A DNA stretch of 64,000 bases from the human T2T-CHM13v2.0 reference genome, Homo sapiens. The stretch lies in the NCBI RefSeq assembly GCF_009914755.1, contig NC_060947.1. The stretch is one strand, 5' to 3'. The position numbers and the translations under genes are program-made. This document shows, piece after piece, positions 54,230 to 64,000 of this stretch. The first letter of the stretch is position 1, and each line of letters starts with the position of its first letter. A model generated the notes under the pieces. That model did no database searches. It was not told where the DNA came from and was given only the letters and a program-made list of their open reading frames with translations.

Positions 54230-55699
54230 CTAGAACTTGCCAAATTATCCTTCAAAACATTGTCTGAGAATAGCGGATTCCTCATATTCTTATCGACATT
54301 GGATGTTCAAAATATAATCTTATGTGATCTGATATTTTGCCTATTTTAAAATTTTTCATTAAATTCACCAATTTTTCTTGGAGTGAAAATAAAATTTTGT
54401 AGAAGACTTTGGAAGACAGCAAGCCGGGTTGATCCTTTATTAAAAACATGACTAGATAAACATTCATTCTGGAATCTAGACCACATATATTTGAAATGTT
54501 TGCTTTGGGATATATTGAGTATTTAAGCATTAGAAAACTTGCCCTGCTCTTGAATAACATCTTGGTACCGTGACAAAACGCATACATACAACCAATTTGA
54601 AATGGTAGCATACTTGTGCTCTTAGAGACTTTTAAGGATTCTGAATAAATTTGAAATTCTCCACATTTTGTGCATCAAACTTATTTCAAATTAGGGCGAT
54701 TAGATAAACTATTTAATTTTTGAAAAATAGTGAAGCTGCCAGACTCCAGGGTAACTTCTTGAATTAGTAAGCAGTTTCCCCCCATGAGAATCTAGTATAA
54801 GTTACTCCACAGCTGCAAGAGATCTGATCAAGGAAAAGGACCAAGGATGACCTCAGCAAATGCATTACTGGCTTCCTGTTTCTGTATACTCTAAAATATA
54901 ATTAGGCTGAAATGCAAAGAGCAAGGGAAAACACTTGGAATAAAGCTGGATCCAGGTTTACAAGCCAGATGATTTTTTGGCAGGTTAATCACTTAGTAAT
55001 TGAATTGTTTATTCTTGTTTATCTTTTGGTTGCTAAGATGACTTTATGATATCAACTTTTGGAATCTATACACTCTTCTTTGACCAGGAAAGAAAAAGAA
55101 CAATTTTATGTAACTTAATGTAAGTACGGTTTTTAATGGCTGATAATTATCTAATATTTTTATTGGAGATCAATGAAGCATCTAGCGATACTGACTTCAG
55201 TATCACGTTTTGCTCTCTTTCAAAGCCATTTGTTTCACATGTGTTTTTGCACTTGATTCTTGCAGAAGTCTTCGGAGGCAAGGGTTATTATCTGCATTTT
55301 ATAGCAGAGCTGGAACTGGAAGCCAGCTTATTTATCTATTGTGCTTTTCCTTAGATAGAGGGAAGTTCTGGTGAATAGAGGCATTGCAATTGCTTTATAA
55401 ATGTAAAAAACAAACAAGATGATTTGACTGCAAAAGGAAAATATAATAGAATTTAAAAATACTTTAGGGGCTCAAAACATTTACCTTTTGATTTGAATTC
55501 ATACCAAAAGTGTTCTCTAAATTTGGAGTCATTGCAAAAATATACGTCAGTATTTTACTTTACCTTTACAAGTAAAATACCCTTACTACAAGCAAAGATT
55601 CCCAGACATTTTATATTTGCATCTTCATCCCTAATCATGAAATAAAAGCAGAAGATTCCCTGTGCCATACATATAATGATCCTAACTTGATAGCTACTA

Positions 55700-56320
55700 G
55701 ATTAAATACATTCAATAAAATTACTGAGCACCTGTCATATATATGACAAGAACTTGCCATCTAGTTGGGGGAAGGGGCACAATACATAAGACAAGTACAT
55801 ATAGAACTAAAATGCCAAACAGAATATAAATGCCTAAATGTTCTGGAGGTTCAGAAAATGGAAAGGTCCTATCCAATAAGGTAAAAAAAAGGGAATAGAA
55901 ATAATATTGTGTAAGAGGGGGAGTTTGGACAGAATCTTGACAAAACGATGGGCAGAATTTCAACTGACAGAAGAGAGGACAAGAGGGCTTCAGGAAGATA
56001 ACTCATACCAAAGCTTGGAGATAAAGTCTAATGTGTTTATGAAATAGTGATAATCCAGTTTGCTTGAGATACAATGTACCACTGGTAATATGTACATAAG
56101 GGAGGATAGAAAAGTATGAAACCATAGGGCTTTGAAATCCAAGTAAAAGAGTTTAGCAAAGAACTGGTGCACAGTGGTGAATTATTGAAGGTTTCTGAGC
56201 AGGGAAAAGGACATGATTAAGCTGAACTTGAAGTAAAGGAAGCTCATAGCTCTGGGTAGGGCATATATATGGCAATGTGAACAATTGGGAGACTATTTCA
56301 GTAGCCTAGCTAAAGAATGA
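55700..56320 (-). mobile_element. L2 fragment
   Basis: CATTCAATAAAATTACTGAGCACCTG...TCTAGTTGGGG; ATTGAAGGTTTCTGAGCAGGG. Confidence 0.6.
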
Positions 56321-56349
56321 AAATTATATGAAAAGCGAATTTCAGTGCC

Positions 56350-56497
56350 CATAAATAAAGTTTTATTGGAACATAGCCACGTGCATATGTTTAGATACTG
56401 TCTATGGCTATGTTGGTGCTACAGTGACAGAGCTGAGGAGTTGTCACAGACTGTGTGATCTAGAAAGCTGAAAATATTTGCTATCTGGCCCTTTTCG
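56350..56497 (+). mobile_element. MER58 (hAT-Charlie) fragment
   Basis: AAATAAAGTTTTATTGGAACATAGCCAC...AAAGCTGAAAATATTTGCTATCTGGCCCTTT. Confidence 0.85.
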
Positions 56498-56547
56498 AAG
56501 TGCCTAATTTATTTATTTTGGGGTTATTTCTTCTCTTTCTTTCTATC

Positions 56548-58920
56548 TTTTTTATATTTAACTTTCGAGTACAGGGTACATGCACAGGTTTGTTATACAG
56601 GTAAACTTGTGTCATTTTTTTTTTACAGATTATTTTGTCACTCAGGTATTAAGCCCAGTAACCATTAGTTATTTTTCCTGATCCTCTCCCTCCTCCCATC
56701 CTTCGCCCTCCAGTAGGCCTCAGTGTGTATTGTTTCTTTCTATGTGTCTATGTATTCTCATCATTTAGCTCCACTTATATGTGAGAAAATGCAGTATTTA
56801 GTTTTCTGTTTCTGCATTAATTTGCTAAGGATAACAGCCTTCAGCTCCATCCATGTTCCTGCAAAAGATATGATCTTGTTCTTTTTTATGGCTGCATAGT
56901 ATTCCATGCTGCATTTGTACCACATTTTCTTTATCCAGTCTATCATTGATGGGTATTAAGGTTGAGCCGATATCTTTGCTATTGTGAATAGTGCTGCAAT
57001 GAACACACGTGTGCATGTGTCTTTATAACAGAATGCTTTATATTCCTTTGGGTATATACTCAGTGATGAGATTGCTTGGTTGAATGGTATTTCTGCTTTT
57101 AGGTCTTTGAGGAATCACACTGTCTTCTACAATAGTTGAACTACTTTAGACTCCCACCAACAGTGTATAAGCATTCCTTTTCTCCACAACTTCATCTGCA
57201 TCTGTTATTTTTGAATTTTTAACAACAACCAACTTGACTGGCCTGAGATGGTATCTCATTGTGGTTTTGATTTTATTTCTCTAATCATCAGTGATGCTGA
57301 GCTCATCTTTGTGGTCTTATCTTCCTTTGATCTTGGAGGATGCTGACCTTCAGATTTTTTTTTTCTTCTTCTATCTTATCTGGTGACATTGAGTGTTTGG
57401 TAGTAGGATAAGGTGGATTCAGCCAACTGGCTTCAATTGTAGAAGATGTTAGGGGGCCAACAGCCAACACTGAGCTCCTGATTCCTGGACTGCATACTCT
57501 AACTTTGGGGGACTTGTGTTGGGCCCTGACTTTGTTCTCTGGCTCCTTAAAGTTAGGAATCCAGCAAGCTGCCAGAGCTGTGGTGCTGCTGGAATGCTGA
57601 TCACTACACTCTAATGGGTGTAGTGACACCATTTCACTCTAAAGGGTGTATTGACAAAACATTTCTAGTACAGTGACGGCAGGATCCCTCCTCATTCTCA
57701 AATGCCAGCAGCAGCAGTAGTGGCAACTGTGGCAGAGTGCTAGCTAGTGCCGGTGAGTGCCAGGATGCCTGCCTCCCTTCTGGTGTTCAACACAGTGGCA
57801 GAGGCAATGCAGCTGGAGGGGGACAGTGGATGGAGGAAGGGGCTGCGGGAGGGGGTTGGGGGATTGCCCTGCCGGGCGACTGTGTGCAGGTGACTGGGTG
57901 CTGGAGGTGGTGTTTTCTCTGAGGTGGGGTACTGGCAAGCACAAGTCTGGGTGCCTTCTCTGTGCCCCTCAAGCAGGAGTAGTCACTCGGGGGAGGTGGG
58001 GGAGGATCTGCTGTTCTCTGCCCACTGTTAGTGCAAGAGTGGGGCACTGGTCGGGGCAGGGCTGGCGGGCTCTGTGCCCACCAAGGCTCTTCTAGCATTG
58101 GCAGTCAGAGGGGTGAGTGGGGAAGGACTGCACTCCTATGAGCTGGCGGGGCAAGGAAAGCAAAACAGGCCCCAAAAGACACACACCAGCAAAGCGACGT
58201 GGGGAGTTGCCAGTGGTTCCGGGGAAGGCTGCAGTAAGGAGAGGGAGCACTTGGGCTGGTGCTTGGCCTTAGGGACTCTCCACCTTTCAGTCACGGTCTG
58301 CCATCGCAGAAGCTATGGTGTGGGTTCCAGGGCACCCCAGGCTGCCCTGCAAGCAAGTGTGGGTAGGCTGGGGGCCAGAGAAAGGCCAGATGACCAATGG
58401 GTGCTCAGGTTGGACTGGCCCCACCTGACTGGCAAGACTGCCCTTCAGAGTTCAGGATGACAGTTCTCATCGGGCTAAACTCTCCTATGGGAGCGACTTG
58501 AGCTTAGGGGGATAGTCATCCTTGGCTGTGCTCAGCTACAGACACTCCCACACCAAATCTTCTGTGCTGCTGCACATTCAGCTGGCTTGCTGCTCCACCC
58601 ATTCTCTAAGCAGCTCTACCTGCCAACTAGATTGTCCATGGTGAGGGGTTCCAAAAGCTTGTGGCGAGAGCAGGTTGCTCCTTTCCAGTTCAACTCATTG
58701 GTTCTCTTGGAGCCCTGCGGGGGCAGCGATGATTCCAGATGTAATGTCCTGCGTAGAGTTCCCAACTTTCTCCCCCTTCAACCCAGCTTCTGTATCTTCC
58801 CTCTGTCCACTCTCAGTGCCTTCTCTCTGAAGATCTGTTAGCAACATGCCAGTCGTCTGGGTCCCTCCATAGGAGCTGTTCCACATGGTTGTGTCTGGTT
58901 GGCCACCTTGCCCTCCCCTC
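56548..58920 (-). mobile_element. L1PA13-like element with both ends retained and an internal deletion of ORF1 and most of ORF2
   Basis: 3'UTR and ORF2 tail at 56548-57303. 5'UTR at 57307-58920 with 5' terminus (rc GAGGGGAGGGCAAGGTGGCCAACCAGA). Sequence just upstream of ORF1 is homologous to 20771-20940. Confidence 0.85.
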
Positions 58921-60140
58921 CCATTCATCTGTTGATAGACATTTAGGTTGATTCTATATATTGCTATTGTGAATAGTGCTGCAATGAACATGGGAGTGCA
59001 CATATCTCTTTGATATACTCGTTTCCTCTCTTTTGGATATATACCCAGCAGTGGGATTGTTGGATAATGTGATATTCTATTTTTAGTTTTTGAAGAACCT
59101 CCATGCTGTTTTCCACTGTGGCTGTACTAATTTACATTCCCACCAACAGGGTATGAACAATCCTCTTTCTCCACGTCCTGGCCAGCATTTATTATTTGCC
59201 TGTCTTTTGGATAAAAGTAATTTTAAGTGTAATGAGATGATAGTGTAGTTTTGATTTGCATTTCTCTGACAATTAGTGATGTTGAACATTTTTTCGTACA
59301 CCTGCTTGCCATGTGTATGTTTTCTTTCGAGAAATGTCTACTCAGGTCTTTTGCCCATTTTAAAAATCTGATTATTTGTGTTTTTTTTCTCCTATTGAGT
59401 TGTTTGAGCTTCTTATATATTTTTATTGTTAGATGGGTAGTTGGCAAATATTTTCTCTGATTCTCTGTGTTGTCTCTTCACTTGGTTGATTGTTTCCATT
59501 GCTGAGCAGTAGCTTTTTACCTTGATATTATCCCATTTGTGCATGTTTGCTTTGGTTGCCTGTGCTTTTTAGGTTTTACTCAAGAAATCTTTGCTCTGAC
59601 CATTGTCCTGGATAGTTTCCTGGAGAGTTTTCCCACTGTTTTCTTCTAGTAGTCTTGTAGTTTCAGGTCTTAGATTTACGTTTGTAGTCTATTTTGATTT
59701 TATTTTTGTATATGGCAAGAGATAGGCGTCTAGTGTCATTCTTCTGCATGTGGATATCCAGTTTTCCTAGTAACATTCATTGAAGAGACTATTCTTTCCC
59801 CAGTGTATATTATTGGCACCTTTGTCAAAATTGGGTTAACTGTAAATGCATGGATTTATTTCTGGGTTCTCTATTTTGTTTTATTAGTCTGTGTTTCTTT
59901 ATTATACCACTGCCATGCTATTTTGATTATTATAGCTTTGTAATACATTGTGAAAACAAAGAGTGTAATGCCATTAGCTTTGTTCTTTGGGCCTAGAATT
60001 TTTTATTTTAACTATTTGGGGTCTTTGGGGGTTTCATATGAATTTTAGGATTTTTTTTTCTATTTCTGTGAAGAATGTCATTGGTGTTTTCATAGGGTTT
60101 GCACTGAATCTTTAGATTGCTTTGGATAGTATGGAATATG
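58921..60140 (-). mobile_element. L1MA-type ORF2-end/3'UTR fragment
   Basis: [17 protein letters not shown] peptide; ATACCCAGCAGTGGGATTG; TTTGCCTGTCTTTTGGATAAAAG. Confidence 0.85.
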
Positions 60141-60167
60141 TCTGTTTTTTTCTTTGTGCAACTCTTG

Positions 60168-62701
60168 CTTTTTTCTTTTTTTTCATTGTACTTTAAGTTC
60201 TGGGATACATGTGTAGAATGTGCAGGTTTGTTCCATAGGTATACATGTGCCATGGTGGTTTGCTGCACCCATTAACCCGTCATTTAGGTTAGGTATTTCT
60301 CTGAATGCTATCCTTCTCTTAGCCCCCCACCCCGTGACAGGCCCTGGTGTGTGATGCTCCCCTCCCTGTGTCCCTGTGTTCTCATTGTTCAACCCCTAAT
60401 TATGAGTGAGAATATGTGGTGTTTGGTTTTCTGTTCCTGTTTTAGTTTGCTGAGAATGATGGTTTCCTGCTTCATCTATGTCCCTGCAAAGGACATGAAC
60501 TCATCCTTTTTTATAGTTGCATAGTATTCCATGGTGTATATGTGCCACATTTTCTTTATCTCATCTATCATTGATGGGCATTTGGGTTGGTTCCAAGTCT
60601 TTGCTATTGTGAATAGTGCTGCAATAAACATACGTGTGCATGTATCTTTATTGTAGAATGATTTATAATCCTTTGGGTATATACTCAGAAATGGGATTAC
60701 TGGTTCAAATGGTATTTCTGGTTCTAGATCCTTGAGGAATCTCCACACAAATTAGTTCCACAATGGTTGAAGTAATTTGCACTCCCACCAACAGTGTAAA
60801 AGCATTCCTATTTCTCCACATCCTCTCCAGCATCTATTGTTTCCTGACTTTTTAATGATCACCATTCTAACTGGCGTGAGAAGGTATCTCATTGTGGTTT
60901 TCATTTGCATTTCTCTAATGACCAGTGATGATGAGCTTTTTTTCATGTGTTTGTTGGCCAAATAAATGTCTTCTTTTGAGAAGTGTCTGTTCATATCTTT
61001 CACCCAATTTTTGGTGGGGTTGTTTTTTTCTTGTAAATTTGTTTAAGTTCCCTGTAGATTATGGTTATTACCACTTTGTCAGATGGATAGATTGCAAAAA
61101 TTTTCTCCCATTCTGTAGGTTGCTTGTTCACTCTGAAGAGAGTTTCTTTTGCTGTGCAGAAGCTCTTTAATTTAATTAGATCCCATTTGTCAATTTTGGC
61201 TTTTGTTGTCATTGCTTTTGGTGTTTTAGTCATGAAGTTTTTGCCCATGCCTATGTCCTGAAAGGTATTGCCTAGGTTTTCTTATAGGGGCGTTATGGTT
61301 TTGGGTTTTACATTGAAGTCTTTAATCCATCTTGAGTTAATTTTTTGTATAAGGTATAAGGAAGGGTCCATTTTCAGTTTTCTGCATGTGACTAGCCAGT
61401 TTTCCCAACATCATTTATTAAATAGGGAATTCTGTCCCCATGGTTTGTTTTTGTCAGGTTTGTTGAAGATCAGATGATTGTAGATGTGTGGCATTACTTC
61501 TGAGGCCTCTGTTCTATTCCATTGGTCTATATATCTGTTTTGGCATCAGTAACATGCTGTTTTGGTTACTGTAGCCTTGTAGTATAGTTTGAAGTCAGGT
61601 AGCATGATGCCTCTAGCTTTGTTCTTTTTGCTTAGAATTGTCTTGGCTAAATGGGCTCTTTTTTGGTTCCTTATGAAATTTAAAGTCGTTTTTTCTAATT
61701 CTGAGATGAAAGTCAATGGTAGCTTGATGGGGATGTCATTGAATCTATAAATTAGTTTGAGCGGTATGGCCATTTTCACGATATTGATTCTTCCTATCCA
61801 TGAATATGTAATGTTTTTCCATTTGTTTGTGTCCTCTCATTTCTTTGAGCAGTGGTTTGTAGTTCTCCTTGAAGAGGTCGTTCACATTCCTTGTAAGTTG
61901 TATTCCTAGGTATTTTATTCTTTTTGCAGCAATTGTGAATGGGAGTTTACTCATGATTGGGCTATTTGTCTATTATTGGTGTATAGGAATGCTTGTTGTG
62001 TTTGCACGTTAATTTTGTATCCTGAAAGTTTGCTGAAGTTGCTTAGCAGCTTAAGGAGATTTTGGCTGAGATGATGGGATTTTCTAAATACACAATCATG
62101 TCATCTGCAAACAGACAATTTGACATCCTCTCTTCCTATTTGGATAACCTTTATTTCTTTCTCTTGCGTGACTACCGTGGCCAGAACTTCCAATACTATG
62201 TTGAATAGGAGTGACAAGAGAGGGCATCCTTGTCTTGTGCCAGTTTTCAAGAAAAAAATGCTTCCAGTTTTTGCCCATTTAGTATGATATTTGCTGTGGG
62301 TTTGTCATAAATAGCTCTTATTATTTTTAGATATGTTCCATCAATACCTAATTTGAGAATTTTTAGCATGAAGGAGTGTTGAATTTTATCGAAGGCCTTT
62401 TCTGCATCTATTGAGATAATCATGTGGTTTTTGTCATTGGTTCTGTTTATGTGATGGATTACGTTTATTGATTTGGGTATGTTGAAACAGCCTTGCATTC
62501 CAGTGATGAAGCCTACTTGATCATGGTGGATAAGCTTTTTGATGTGCTGCTGGAATTGTTTTGCCAGTATTTTATTGAGGTTTTTTGCATCAATGTTCAA
62601 CAGGGATATTGGCCTGAAATTTTTTTGTTGTAACAACAACAAAAAAATACAGTGTCTCTGCCAGATTTTGGTATCAGAATGATGCTCATCTCATAAAATG
62701 A
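60168..62701 (-). mobile_element. L1PA7-like, 5'-truncated (RT to 3' end)
   Basis: CTTTAAGTTCTGGGATACATG 3' end. ORF2 peptides at 60476-61248, 61546-61954 and 62247-62642. Confidence 0.93.
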
Positions 62702-62704
62702 ACA

Positions 62705-63432
62705 GTTTTCTGTTGAGATTAGTAGTGATAGTAACAAATATGATGTATTTGTGATACTGTGTGGTAAACTTTGTCAACATTTGCATAACTCAGTGAACCA
62801 ATATTCTCCAAAAGACCAAAGCATGTTGTTTTCAATAATACACACTTAAGGGATCATTCAAAGTACAATATAGACAAATGAATTATATTGAAATAGAGTA
62901 GAAAATGTTCATCAGTATGTTTTCAGAATCCACATTGTTATTATCCTGTAAAAAGCTACTACTTATCTAATTTTGGTTTGGTATGAAAGAAAAATTTGTA
63001 CGTTTTTCTGAAAAGGCTATTCAAACACTCCTCCCTTTTTTTATCTACACACCCATGTGAGGCCAGATTATTCCCAACATTACAACTAAAACAACGTATT
63101 ACAACAGAATGAATGCAAAACAAGATATGAGAATACAACTATTTTCTGTTCAGCCAGAGATTAAAGAAGTTAGCAAAAATGTAAAACAATGTCACTCTTC
63201 TTTTATTTTGGTAAATTTGTTATATTTTATAAAATAAGTTATTTTATTAATATGTAACAAATTTATTATTTTAATAAATACATGAATTTTTTTAAAAATT
63301 GACATCTATGCCTAATATAGTAAATATCAATAGATATAACCCACATAAACAAAAGCTCTCTGAGATCCTAAATAATTTTTAAGAGTGTAAATTGCTCTGA
63401 GACCAAAAAGTTTACTTATTTGAGGAATGCTG
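62705..63432 (+). mobile_element. Charlie1 (hAT) 3' portion including the transposase C-terminal remnant and 3' end
   Basis: GCATAACTCAGTGAACCAATAT...CTGAAAAGGCTAT...GTGAGGCCAGATT (CEAGFS-type motif)...ATAACCCACATAAACAAAAGCTC...CTGAGACCAAAAAGTTT. Confidence 0.85.
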
Positions 63433-64000
63433 ATTTGGACAATCTTTCATTGCTTGTCAGTGCCTAAAATTGCAGACAGTTAGAATCTAATCTTCTGTGT
63501 TTGTAGTGTCCTCTTCCTAAATACTTTTTTCTATTTTAGTATGAAGAGCCTACTCTGATCACTTTATTTTGTAAGAACGGGAACCCAGAGGGTCTGGAAG
63601 CATACCATATCCTTGAGAAGAATGCTGAACAAAAAGGCTAGTCAGGGAAGATAGGGTGCAAATACAGTCTTCACCTATTCCACTGTTTTCCCAATGATCA
63701 ATCCTGGTGACACATATGAAAGTTAATAAGTCTCATAGCACAATGCCTGAAGTGTGAAACTGAGACAAGAGATCCCATTCTTTGCCTCATTCCTTGGCGT
63801 CTTGCTCATTGTTTATGGCTTTGACTAAATGGGCATCAAAGAGATCACCTAGAATTTATTGAAATCTCATTTTTCTGGTTAATACACAGCACATTGACCC
63901 AAATGGCCAGTTATTTGACTGAATAAAATCTTTTCTTATGAAAATTTTCTGAAACAGAATTCATTAAAAATTTATATTATGTGAATCATTTTCCTTGTCA

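Noticed and set aside
57737-58460. GC-richer region with overlapping ORFs, as a host promoter or gene
   Set aside because: It lies within an old L1 5'UTR, and the ORFs reflect GC content.

Overview
Primate (very likely human or great-ape) genomic DNA, AT-rich and dominated by transposable elements. By my rough tally about 60% is LINE-1, spanning old L1M through L1PB and L1PA16 to a young L1PA3-like copy. It also holds Alus (AluSp, two AluY, fragments), MaLR/ERVL LTRs (THE1 solo LTRs, one two-LTR THE1 provirus, MSTA, MLT2, MLT1), DNA transposons (a full-length Tigger1, a Ricksha MULE end, Charlie1, MER58, a Charlie-type MITE), L2/MIR relics and simple repeats. I find no host protein-coding exon, RNA gene or intact L1 ORF: the ORF-track hits are decayed L1/Tigger fragments, antisense shadows or repeat artefacts. 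I do not see a new biological system. The most notable features are structural: an L1 whose internal deletion fuses the ORF1 ATG in frame to the ORF2 C-terminus, two twin-primed (5'-inverted) L1s, a roughly 50-bp L1 insertion with a perfect TSD, a composite L1MA inside one putative TSD, a 530-bp polar AT-rich VNTR inside an L1PB, and small template-switch scars. Subfamily calls come from recalled consensus motifs, not from a database search, and boundaries are approximate unless a TSD or terminus is given.
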